A DNA stretch of 64,000 nucleotides from a virus (IMGVR_UViG_3300006099_000007:1-64000), one strand, 5' to 3'. Positions 10,289 to 18,620 are shown, counted from the stretch's first letter. Made by a program: numbers and translations. Notes: generated by a model from the sequence alone, not told the origin.

Positions 10289-10747
10289 ATGCGTGAAATA
10301 ACCAATACCACATCCATTGTTTCCGGCGATCTGCCCCAGGCGGAAGTGAACGGCCTGAAAGTCCGCCCTATCAGCCTGTCAAGCATGGCTATGCTGGAAC
10401 TCCTGAATAACTCCTGCCTGACTCAACTGAACCGCCGCCGGGAAGGTCCATCGTTGGAAGACGGCGCGGAGCCTGCGGAAAATCCTCCGGAAAAAATGAG
10501 CATGTACGCCCTGGCGGAATTTGTCTGGATCCACGCGGCGCCGGAAGAAGACGTGGTGCGGCTGGTGGCCGGCGGCGGTTTTGACGATGCGGCAGCCATC
10601 CGCCGGGCCGTCCTGGCCTTTGCCGGAAAAGTGGGTTTTGGCGCGCTGGGGAAAATTGTGGAGGGCATGACGCGCGAAATGAACGCGATCATGTCTGCCC
10701 AGGCGGAGGGGATCAAGGATCCGGACGGGGCGCCCTCAAAAAACTAG
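10289..10747 (+). CDS. Tail assembly chaperone (gpG-like)
   Basis: Homologous to 41619..42116 (LAEF.W.H); ends in a slippery heptamer. Confidence 0.7.
   Translation: MREITNTTSIVSGDLPQAEVNGLKVRPISLSSMAMLELLNNSCLTQLNRRREGPSLEDGAEPAENPPEKMSMYALAEFVWIHAAPEEDVVRLVAGGGFDDAAAIRRAVLAFAGKVGFGALGKIVEGMTREMNAIMSAQAEGIKDPDGAPSKN
10738..10744 (+). other. Predicted -1 ribosomal frameshift site A_AAA_AAC
   Basis: XXXYYYZ heptamer in frame just before TAG; the -1 frame is open into the 10771..10989 ORF. Confidence 0.75.
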
Positions 10748-10770
10748 CGGAGCCGGACGGGTGGGCGGGA

Positions 10771-10989
10771 TTGATTATGATCATGGCCCGCGCGACCGGC
10801 TGGACGGAATACTATATCAAGCACATGCCGTTGAAAATCCTGCTCCAATACGTCCATGCGTGGCTGGTCCAGGAAGGCAATGCTACCCGCTGGGCCTATG
10901 CGGACCGGGCAAAACAACGTGCCATGCGTTCCCGGATTGCTGAAATCATCGAACAGGACAATTCATTTTTAGCTACTTATGGCGATTGA
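10771..10989 (+). CDS. Frameshift extension of tail assembly chaperone (gpT-like)
   Basis: -1 frame relative to 10289; ARATGW and LQYVHA motifs shared with 42110..42325. Confidence 0.7.
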   Translation: MIMIMARATGWTEYYIKHMPLKILLQYVHAWLVQEGNATRWAYADRAKQRAMRSRIAEIIEQDNSFLATYGD

Positions 10990-11731
10990 ACAAGTACAGC
11001 GCAGTTATTGCGTAGTCAATAAAGGGAAAGGGGAACCTGTCTCCGGGGGCTATACGGAAGAAACCTGGGAAGGAACCTGGGCTGAAATGTGCGCCTATGC
11101 GGCCCGCCAATCAGCCGCCGGCGGGGATTTGTGGAATATCACAGCCACCGTTACCCGGAAAGCCGGGGATTTTGCGGAATGCCGGGTGCGCCGCCAGGCC
11201 ATGGACGGGAAGGAAGAGGAAGAATTTGAAATGCCGGGAAGCACCCGTGAAAGTCCGCAGTATTCCCTTTCCGTGACTTGCGTGCCGCAGCCCATTTTAA
11301 CGCACAAACTCGCGGAAAGCTATTCCGGGGAGAAGTTGGACGCCCTGAAAAGGCTGGTGAACGGGGGTTGCATGGGGACCAAGATTGACATATCGAAAGA
11401 CGGGCAGCCGGTCACACAAAAGACCATTAGAAGCATTCTTGGGGATGATAACAGTAAATTGATTGAAAAGATAAAAAAGGGCATCACGAGCTTTTACAGC
11501 CCGCAAATTGTGCTGCAAGTCCGTTACAAAGTAACGGATCCCGGAACGATCAATTATCAGAAAGCCTGCACGATTGCCGCGCCGCCGGGGCCGTTTGAAT
11601 CCCCCTCCGGAAAATTCAACTGGATGAGTATGGGAACGTCCGTGGAAGGATACGGGAAGGAATGGCAAGTAACTGATACATACATGCTTTCCGGTCCGGA
11701 CGGCTGGGACGAAGACATCTACGACAAATAA
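10979..11731 (+). CDS. Tail tip/distal tail protein
   Basis: Homologous to 45238..45969 (QPILTH, LSGPDGWD.D.Y), which directly follows the tape measure gene. Confidence 0.55.
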   Translation: MAIEQVQRSYCVVNKGKGEPVSGGYTEETWEGTWAEMCAYAARQSAAGGDLWNITATVTRKAGDFAECRVRRQAMDGKEEEEFEMPGSTRESPQYSLSVTCVPQPILTHKLAESYSGEKLDALKRLVNGGCMGTKIDISKDGQPVTQKTIRSILGDDNSKLIEKIKKGITSFYSPQIVLQVRYKVTDPGTINYQKACTIAAPPGPFESPSGKFNWMSMGTSVEGYGKEWQVTDTYMLSGPDGWDEDIYDK

Positions 11732-11734
11732 ACC

Positions 11735-12151
11735 ATGAATACCGAAATTGTTGCACAAATTATTGCGGAGGCGCTTCAGGAACGCCCGGAATTCGCCGGC
11801 GTGCCTGTCTGGGAACCAACGGACGGCGAAAAGGAAGGGGACAAGGCCCTTCTGGTGAATGTAACTGGCGCGGATGAAATCATTTCCGGAAATTTCACCT
11901 ACCAAATTTCCGGGGAAATCATGTACCGGCAACGGTACGCGGAAGCGGAGCCCGCCGCCCTGGTGCTGGACGTAACTGCCTTTTCCCGCGCCTGCGCGGA
12001 AGTCATGGCCGCGCTTGCCGGACGCCGGAACGGCCAGGACGCGCCCGCCGCCTGGGCAGTCCTGGGGGCGTCATCATCCCCCGCGCTTGCCGGCACATCG
12101 GAAACGTTCATGGTTTATAAGTGCAGTTACGAATTATTCATTCAATTTTAA
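11735..12151 (+). CDS. Putative tail terminator/completion protein
   Basis: Size and pattern resemble 40184..40648; similarity is weak. Confidence 0.4.
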   Translation: MNTEIVAQIIAEALQERPEFAGVPVWEPTDGEKEGDKALLVNVTGADEIISGNFTYQISGEIMYRQRYAEAEPAALVLDVTAFSRACAEVMAALAGRRNGQDAPAAWAVLGASSSPALAGTSETFMVYKCSYELFIQF

Positions 12152-12166
12152 CAAATTATCAATATT

Positions 12167-12616
12167 ATGCCGGATAAAAAAAACGAAGACGGCGGCGCCA
12201 TCCTGACGCCGGAAGATTTTGACAGCACGCGCAACACGGAACTTGCCGCGTGCCTGATCACATTGGGGTTCCCCCTCCTGAACAACACGCCGGGCTTTTC
12301 CCGCGTGATTGGCGAAGGGATCGCCGGGCCCGGCGGGGCGGTCACCTGGTGGTTTGGGAAACGCAGCCGGGATGGGAAATACACCATGGGAGAAGTGCTT
12401 GCGCGCTGGGAAGACTGGGACTGGCTGAACGATCCGAACAACCTTGATCCTCTGGCCTATATCATCACAGGCTTTCACAACAAGCGGCGGCTGGTGGACG
12501 AAGTGAAAAAGCGGGAAGTCATGGTGCTTGTGCAATCCGGCGCCCGCCATGCCCTGTTTTCCAAAAACTGTTCCCGCGCCACCCTGGACCGGGTAGAGCG
12601 ATTCATAGGATTTTAA
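12167..12616 (+). CDS. Conserved phage protein of unknown function
   Basis: Homologous to 41113..41589 (T.N..LAA.L..LG, GG.VTW.F, WL.DP.N..PLAY). Confidence 0.7.
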   Translation: MPDKKNEDGGAILTPEDFDSTRNTELAACLITLGFPLLNNTPGFSRVIGEGIAGPGGAVTWWFGKRSRDGKYTMGEVLARWEDWDWLNDPNNLDPLAYIITGFHNKRRLVDEVKKREVMVLVQSGARHALFSKNCSRATLDRVERFIGF

Positions 12617-12619
12617 CCG

Positions 12620-14965
12620 TTGGAAGCAATGCCTGACGTAACTGTAACGCTGGGAGCGGATGCCGCTGAATTCAAGCAGGCATTGACGGAAATTCAAGAA
12701 TCTGTGGATGCCCTGGCGAATTCCACCACAGCTAAAACGGCCCGGATTGGCCTTGCATTTTTCGGCGCGAAAGACATGGTTTCTACAGCGGGAGCCGCTA
12801 TTGGCCGCGCTGTTCAAAAAGCCTTTGATTTTGTCGCGCCGTCTGCGGCCATCCAGCGCGTGGAACGTGAATTGACGGGCCTGACAGGCAGCGCGGATGA
12901 AGCAAAGCGCATCCTTGAAACCATCAATGACTGGGCCCTGACCTCCCAATATACCCCCACGGAAATGTTCAAAAACGCCGCCCAGTTAATCCGCGGCGGC
13001 ATTTCCGAAAGTTTTGCACCTGATCTGGTCCGCCAGCTTGCCACGATCGCCCAGGGGGACCAAAGCAAAATGAATGCCCTGGTGGCCGCCATGGTCAAGG
13101 GTTCCGGGGGGCTGAAAGGTTTTAATTCTGAAATCATGGAGGCATTCAACGCCGCCCAGGTGGATCTGATGGGAGCCATGGAAAAAACGTCCGGACTTTC
13201 AGGCTATGCCCTCCAGGAGAAACTGAAAGAAGGAATTGGATTTGATGACGTGGCCGCCGCCATCCGGGAGCTTGCCAAGGAAGACGGCCCCCTGAAAGAC
13301 GCGGAAAAGGAAGTGGGGAAAAGCTGGGAAGGGTTGCTAAAACGGGCGGAAAACGCCTGGGGCAACCTGCAGGAAAATTTTGGCGCCGGCTTGCTGGGGC
13401 CGTTAAGCGCCCTTTTGGAACAAGTGGACACCCGGCTGGTAAAATGGGAGGACGGGGCCACGGAATGGGGCCAAAAAACGGGAATTTTTTTGTTTCGGGC
13501 CGCGGATGCAGCCCTGGCGTTAGGCGAGGCGGCAGGGTATGCCCTGCCCCTCATTGTGGACAACGCAGATCATGTCTCTACGGCTGTACTAGGTATTGGG
13601 GTGGCGTTTCTCACGTCCCGGTCTCAAATGGTGGCCGCCATGGCGCAGACAAAGGGCAGCCTGACGTCCATGTCCTCCTGGGTATTGCTCGCCAAAGGCA
13701 GCTGGGCGGGATTGTGGAATGCCATCCGGACGGGCGCCGCCACGGCGGCGGGCGTGGTCCGCGCCGCAGCGGCGGGAATCGCGGCATCCGTCCGCGCGGC
13801 CATGGTCGCCATCAAGGGCGCCATTATTTCAACGGGGGTAGGTTTGGCCGTGGTGGCGATTGGTGAAGGGATCTCTTACATTTACCGGCAACTTTCCGGA
13901 GCGCCGGCAGCCCCCGCCGGCGGGGATAATGACCAGGAAGCCCGCACCCGTGCGGGCGATCGCGTAAGAAAAGGACAATTTCTTGATAATGAGTGGAGGG
14001 CGTATGAAGAAGGCATGAAAAATGCCAACACGGAAACGGATGTGGACGCCGTGGGGAACAGGATCTTGAACAATTTGCGCCGCGCGGAAGAAGAACTGGA
14101 ATATGTCGCCAAGACCGCCGGCGAAGAATCGGAGGAATGGAAGGATCAGGCCGCCGTGGTGGGGAGCCTGACGGATCTTTACACCCTTTATCAATCGTCC
14201 CGTGAAGAAGCCCTGGCCCGGATCCGGGAACAGGCCGCCGCGGAAAAACGCCTGGCAGAACTCGCCAAGGAACGGGAAAAGGCGGAAAGGGAAGCGGAGC
14301 AGAACCGGAAGAAACTCCGGGAACTGGAAGCCTCCTGGATGAAAAGCGAATCTGACCGTACCTATAAGAAAAAGAGCCTCCGGGAACGCGGGGAATGGCT
14401 GGACCGGGAAGCCCGCGGCATGGGTTCCGAGCCCGGCATGGCCGGCATCACGTCCCGCATTGCCGAATTGTCCCGGCAGGAACCTACGGATGCCGTGATG
14501 AATCAAATTAAGGCCCTGGACGATTTGAGGAAAAAATATGCAGAACTGTCTGACGCCAGAAAAGATTATGAAAAAATGGAATCCGGGGCGCGCCGGAATC
14601 AGGAGTTAATGGCCGCGGAAATAGCGGGGCTTGATCAACGGGCGCAAAAGATCCGGGATGAAATAGCCCTGCGGGAAAAAACGAAAAGCTACCAGGACGC
14701 CGGCATGGATGAAAAGGACGCCGCTGAAATGGCCCGGCGCGACGTAGCGCTTGAACGGACCCAGACCAGGCAGAAATCCCTGGGAGACGGCCCCGGCCTG
14801 AATGACATTATCAAACAAAGCGGCGTTGAGGTAGGCAACGGCGGAAAGAGCCTGGGCCTGTCATCCTCGCTCCTGTCGGCAACGGAAAAGCAAACATTGA
14901 CGTTGAAGGACATACAAAGGATTCTTGAAACCTGGAAGCCCGGCCAGATCGTCCTGGCCGAGTAA
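12620..14965 (+). CDS. Tape measure protein
   Basis: 781 aa, Ala-rich helical protein; tape-measure domain pattern (LTGSADEAKRI..INDWA..S.Y); C-terminal VGNGG shared with 42575..45202. Confidence 0.85.
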   Translation: MEAMPDVTVTLGADAAEFKQALTEIQESVDALANSTTAKTARIGLAFFGAKDMVSTAGAAIGRAVQKAFDFVAPSAAIQRVERELTGLTGSADEAKRILETINDWALTSQYTPTEMFKNAAQLIRGGISESFAPDLVRQLATIAQGDQSKMNALVAAMVKGSGGLKGFNSEIMEAFNAAQVDLMGAMEKTSGLSGYALQEKLKEGIGFDDVAAAIRELAKEDGPLKDAEKEVGKSWEGLLKRAENAWGNLQENFGAGLLGPLSALLEQVDTRLVKWEDGATEWGQKTGIFLFRAADAALALGEAAGYALPLIVDNADHVSTAVLGIGVAFLTSRSQMVAAMAQTKGSLTSMSSWVLLAKGSWAGLWNAIRTGAATAAGVVRAAAAGIAASVRAAMVAIKGAIISTGVGLAVVAIGEGISYIYRQLSGAPAAPAGGDNDQEARTRAGDRVRKGQFLDNEWRAYEEGMKNANTETDVDAVGNRILNNLRRAEEELEYVAKTAGEESEEWKDQAAVVGSLTDLYTLYQSSREEALARIREQAAAEKRLAELAKEREKAEREAEQNRKKLRELEASWMKSESDRTYKKKSLRERGEWLDREARGMGSEPGMAGITSRIAELSRQEPTDAVMNQIKALDDLRKKYAELSDARKDYEKMESGARRNQELMAAEIAGLDQRAQKIRDEIALREKTKSYQDAGMDEKDAAEMARRDVALERTQTRQKSLGDGPGLNDIIKQSGVEVGNGGKSLGLSSSLLSATEKQTLTLKDIQRILETWKPGQIVLAE

Positions 14966-14970
14966 GGGCA

Positions 14971-14991
14971 AAAGAGACGGAGGGGATATAG
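14971..14991 (+). promoter_or_regulatory. Module-1 repeated motif, copy 5
   Basis: AAAGAGACGGAGGGGATATAG before ATG 14996. Confidence 0.6.
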
Positions 14992-14995
14992 TTAT

Positions 14996-16651
14996 ATGCA
15001 AGAGCCCGCTACATTCAATTTTTCCGCCACGGCACATGTTCCGGGGGAGCTGGTTTTGACGCTTGATCCGCCGGAGGAAGTGGATCTGGCCGGTTGCGCG
15101 GTCCGCGCCGCCGTTGCTATGTCCGGCGGCTGTGTCCGGCTGCTGGATTGCAGCGCCGTCAATCCCGAAAATATTGTTGCCATCAATTTTCCCGGACTTT
15201 CCGCCGGCTGGGCTTTTTATGACGTGTTCCTGACCTTCCCCGGAGGCGCGGAAATGCCGCTCCTGAAGGGGGAAATAGATATTGCCCAACGTGTCACGCC
15301 GGCGGATCCGCAACAACGGGCGGAATGGTACGTAACGGCCACCCTGCCCGGTGCGGAAACGGGCCGGGTGGAAATTATTTTGGCACAAGGCCCCCGTGGC
15401 CCCCAAGGGCGGCCAGGGGACAAGGGAGAACCGGGAACCCTGGAATCCAACGTTGGCGATGTGGACATTGGAGGGGCCCTGACCGCTGAATCGGCTACCA
15501 TCAACGGGCCATTGATCGCCGGGAGGCCGGATGGCACCGTCAGCGGGGGGACTTGTAATCAGATTTACGGCATCACGAGATTTTGGCAGTCCCTTGATGT
15601 ACGGAGTGGAGGTTGGTGGCGTGGAACAATGATGTATGAAACGGGCATGCTTAACATTGCCCAGGGGGCAAGCCTGAACTGTATTGGACCCGCCACTTTT
15701 GCAAGCACACTTAACGCTAATGGCGGCGTCAATATTCCGCTTGCCGTGGGGGCACCGACAGCCACGGGGGTGGTTAATCGCCTGTACGCGGCGGGCATGG
15801 CCGGAGTGACAGACATTTTTTCCCTTCATTTTTACCTTAATACGGGCAGTATTACAGCCACCGGGACGGCGCAAACTTCTGTTCTTGTCGCTGGGCTGTA
15901 CGCGCGGGTGAACGTTCCTGCGAATACGCACAGCACGATCGTTTGTGCTTTTACAGGACCGGCCGGGCAATGGAATTATTCTAGTTTTGCGGGTTTTTCT
16001 ATCCCCTGGCAATTAACGGGCGCGGGAAAGTTGACTATTGGCATAGGGAGGGGGAGCAAGGCGACGCGGAAAGATTTAACGCTGGATTCTTACAGTATCA
16101 TCCCCGGAAATGATCTGGCCTACAATACCGGCGAAATTCTGGATATTACGTTTGACAATGAGCGCGATGCGGCGCGTGGCGGGTATGTCGTCCGCGTACG
16201 GGAAATATACGCAGCCGAGACCGCGCGGAAGTGGATGGTAAAGACCACAACCAGCTTTATCCCGGCGACGCAAAACGAGCCAATTCCCTATATTGTCAAT
16301 AAAGTCATTTATCATCAATATGCCCCCCGATCGTACAATGCCGGGGATTATGGGGACGCCTATGGCTCATTGTATTTGATGACAGGCGGGGGAAGCAGTC
16401 AGCAACTTTGGAAGATTGCCGCGGTGCGCGGCGTGACCACCTTTGAAACGGGCACGGGATTTTCCACGCTTGTAACAGACATGACGGGAATTTCCGGTGG
16501 ATCTGTCAGCGTGTTTGTTGGGGCGGCGGAGCGCACCAACTACCAGCCCGGCAACGTCAATCCGGTTTATTACGCTCTGGAAGCTTTGGCTGTCAATGCC
16601 ATTGAATCCGAGGAAACGGCTGATTTTGTGGACATTAACATTCCCTTGTAA
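14996..16651 (+). CDS. Tail fibre/receptor-binding protein
   Basis: N-terminal baseplate-attachment-like domain, short collagen repeat GPRGPQGRPGDKGEPG, Gly/Thr-rich beta C-terminus. Confidence 0.75.
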   Translation: MQEPATFNFSATAHVPGELVLTLDPPEEVDLAGCAVRAAVAMSGGCVRLLDCSAVNPENIVAINFPGLSAGWAFYDVFLTFPGGAEMPLLKGEIDIAQRVTPADPQQRAEWYVTATLPGAETGRVEIILAQGPRGPQGRPGDKGEPGTLESNVGDVDIGGALTAESATINGPLIAGRPDGTVSGGTCNQIYGITRFWQSLDVRSGGWWRGTMMYETGMLNIAQGASLNCIGPATFASTLNANGGVNIPLAVGAPTATGVVNRLYAAGMAGVTDIFSLHFYLNTGSITATGTAQTSVLVAGLYARVNVPANTHSTIVCAFTGPAGQWNYSSFAGFSIPWQLTGAGKLTIGIGRGSKATRKDLTLDSYSIIPGNDLAYNTGEILDITFDNERDAARGGYVVRVREIYAAETARKWMVKTTTSFIPATQNEPIPYIVNKVIYHQYAPRSYNAGDYGDAYGSLYLMTGGGSSQQLWKIAAVRGVTTFETGTGFSTLVTDMTGISGGSVSVFVGAAERTNYQPGNVNPVYYALEALAVNAIESEETADFVDINIPL

Positions 16652-16653
16652 TC

Positions 16654-17061
16654 ATGAGTAACGCAGAAATACAGATACATTTTCCCCGGCCCGGCGAATG
16701 GGAAGAATTTACCTTGACGCCCATTTACCAGGCCGCGGGCGGTTATCGACCTCCGGCGCGCTTTACGCAGGACAATATACCCGTGGATCAAGCCCCGGCG
16801 ATGCGGGCGGTAGTTGCCGCTCTGGTGGGGCTGGGTGAGGACTGGCAAGCGGGACAGGTTTGGGCGCGGTTGAAAGAGATTTGCGCCAGGCAGGGGGATG
16901 ATCCTGTGCGGACGGTGGAAACCGTGGATTTGACCGTGGAGGCCGTCAACTCTCAAGGGGGCCGCCGGATTTTCACAGCCCGTGACTACCCCGAATTTAC
17001 GGTTTCTTCACCCGCCGCCGTGGACTTTTTCAAATACTTCACAAAGCAAAACCATGAGTAA
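16654..17061 (+). CDS. Fibre-associated protein (chaperone-like)
   Basis: Immediately after the fibre gene; highly similar in DNA to 50567..50986. Confidence 0.55.
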   Translation: MSNAEIQIHFPRPGEWEEFTLTPIYQAAGGYRPPARFTQDNIPVDQAPAMRAVVAALVGLGEDWQAGQVWARLKEICARQGDDPVRTVETVDLTVEAVNSQGGRRIFTARDYPEFTVSSPAAVDFFKYFTKQNHE

Positions 17062-17371
17062 ATTAAGTGACGAGCAAAAGCAGGCCGCCCTTGAGGCGGG
17101 GAAGCAGGGCATGAAAGATGCCTACGAAAAAAGCAAAACTAAAACCGGCCTGAAGTGGTGGGAACGCCTTTTGTGGGTAGTCCTGGCAGGTGCTGCCTAT
17201 GCGGCTTCCGCTCTGCTGGGTGGCTGCGGCCATTCCGTTGACGTGACGCCGAAAAAGACGGTGGTATGCAAGGACGGTTCCTGCCTGGTGCTGGAGCCGG
17301 GGCATATCTCCTATTCCCAGGCCCAGCCGGAAACGGACGTTCCGCCCGTCGTTCAATCCCTGAAAAAGTGA
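17054..17371 (+). CDS. Putative lipoprotein (spanin-like)
   Basis: Hydrophobic segment followed by lipobox LLGGC; mature part almost identical to that of 50983..51450. Confidence 0.5.
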   Translation: MSKLSDEQKQAALEAGKQGMKDAYEKSKTKTGLKWWERLLWVVLAGAAYAASALLGGCGHSVDVTPKKTVVCKDGSCLVLEPGHISYSQAQPETDVPPVVQSLKK

Positions 17372-17375
17372 AGCC

Positions 17376-17654
17376 ATGACCGGATCTGTTGTCAACGCGG
17401 GCCTGCTGGGGGCTAATGCCCTGTCCGTGATTGCGTCCGTCACGTCAGGCAACCCGTTTTTGGAGTACATCCAGAACGGGGCGAGCGTGGCCGCGGTTAT
17501 GGGAATTTTTCTGTGGCGGGAAATGAAACGGGCGGAACGTTATGAGCGGCTTTATGACGAAGAACGCAAAAAACGCATTGATGCGGAAAATAAATGTTCC
17601 GGCTGTGAGTTCGTCCGCAAGGCGCATGAAGAATTCCTGGACAACAGGGACTAG
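17376..17654 (+). CDS. Holin-like membrane protein
   Basis: Hydrophobic N-terminal half, charged C-terminus, directly before the endolysin. Confidence 0.45.
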   Translation: MTGSVVNAGLLGANALSVIASVTSGNPFLEYIQNGASVAAVMGIFLWREMKRAERYERLYDEERKKRIDAENKCSGCEFVRKAHEEFLDNRD

Positions 17655-17657
17655 TTT

Positions 17658-17685
17658 CAACTGTAAAGTTTTTCTTACAAGTTCC
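17658..17685. repeat. 28-bp element CAACTGTAAAGTTTTTCTTACAAGTTCC, copy 1
   Basis: Exact copy at 51686..51713; imperfect inverted repeat. Confidence 0.85.
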
Positions 17686-17710
17686 AACCATTTAACAATT
17701 AAATAATTAT

Positions 17711-18403
17711 ATGATTATCAAAGAATATCAGGAATTCAAACCCGTTCAGCGAGCCCTGGGGCTGAAAGCGGATGGTTTGCCGGGGCCTAAAACGCTGGCC
17801 GCCGTAGCTCTGAAATTGCGCTGTCATGAAATATGGTCCGCGGTCCAGGCCGCCGTGAACGTGACGCCTGACGGCATCCCCGGCCCTGCCACGGCCCGCG
17901 GCATTGCCGCCGCCCTGGACATTGCCCTGCCCCGGTCCTGGCCTGACCAGGCAACCGTCCGTGCCGGTCTTTCCATTTTTGGCCGTGCAGGAGATGAAAA
18001 CAACCTTGTTTCTATTGTCCCCCCTTATCCTTTATATTATGAGGGGCGGCCCGTGAAAACGATCCGCGTGCATCAGGCGATTGCCCAGGACGTTCAGGCG
18101 GCCCTGGCGGAAGTCCTGGCCGCGTATGGCCTGGACCGGATCCGCGCGCTTCACCTGGACCAGTATGGCGGATCCTACAATGACCGCAGCACGGCCGGAG
18201 GCAAAAGCAAGAGCATGCACGCCTGGGGGATTGCCCTGGACTTTGACCCGGAACGGAACAGTTATTCCTGCAAGGCCCCCCATGCCGGGCTTTCCCGCCC
18301 GGAGTGTGAAGAATGGTGGAGGATTTGGGAAGCCCATGGGGCCGTTTCCCTGGGCCGTGAACGGAATTATGACTGGATGCACCTTCAGTTCGCGCGGCTG
18401 TAA
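17711..18403 (+). CDS. Endolysin: peptidoglycan-binding repeats plus M15-family peptidase
   Basis: DG..GP.T repeats; zinc peptidase motif SMHAWGIALD and DWMHLQF. Confidence 0.88.
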   Translation: MIIKEYQEFKPVQRALGLKADGLPGPKTLAAVALKLRCHEIWSAVQAAVNVTPDGIPGPATARGIAAALDIALPRSWPDQATVRAGLSIFGRAGDENNLVSIVPPYPLYYEGRPVKTIRVHQAIAQDVQAALAEVLAAYGLDRIRALHLDQYGGSYNDRSTAGGKSKSMHAWGIALDFDPERNSYSCKAPHAGLSRPECEEWWRIWEAHGAVSLGRERNYDWMHLQFARL

Positions 18404-18448
18404 AACAGTAATCTTTTGAGCGTCAAAAAATTACAGAGTAAAAATATC

Positions 18449-18477
18449 TTGCGGAAAGTTCCGTTTTTCTGTATATT
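18449..18477 (+). promoter_or_regulatory. Sigma70-like promoter for the small peptide gene
   Basis: TTGCGG-17 bp-TATATT. Confidence 0.5.
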
Positions 18478-18522
18478 TGCCGTGCCGGGTTGGTCCCGGA
18501 ACTAAGAAAGGAGGTGTAATAT

Positions 18523-18585
18523 GTGATAATAGACTGGCATTCAATACAACGGCTGATTGAGCTTTTGATAGTTCTGTTCAGCTGA
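18523..18585 (+). CDS. 20-aa hydrophobic peptide MIIDWHSIQRLIELLIVLFS (candidate type I toxin)
   Basis: Strong SD AAGGAGG, GTG start, upstream promoter, downstream hairpin; absent from the ORF track because it is under 60 aa. Confidence 0.45.
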   Translation: MIIDWHSIQRLIELLIVLFS

Positions 18586-18592
18586 CAAAAAA

Positions 18593-18620
18593 GGCCCCGG
18601 CTGTTCCAGCAGCCGGGGCC
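18593..18620 (-). terminator. Intrinsic terminator (probably bidirectional)
   Basis: GGCCCCGGCTG/CAGCCGGGGCC stem preceded by A6. Confidence 0.75.

Larger units (their letters stand above)
1..18403 (+). mobile_element. Phage virion/lysis module 1 (lambda-like, probably long non-contractile tail)
   Basis: Co-oriented terminase, portal, protease, capsid, tail, tape measure, fibre and lysis genes; no sheath gene seen. Confidence 0.9.

Noticed and set aside
2756-14965. Contractile injection system, tailocin or gene transfer agent interpretation
   Set aside because: No tail sheath gene; full head, terminase, replication and integration genes point to true temperate phages.
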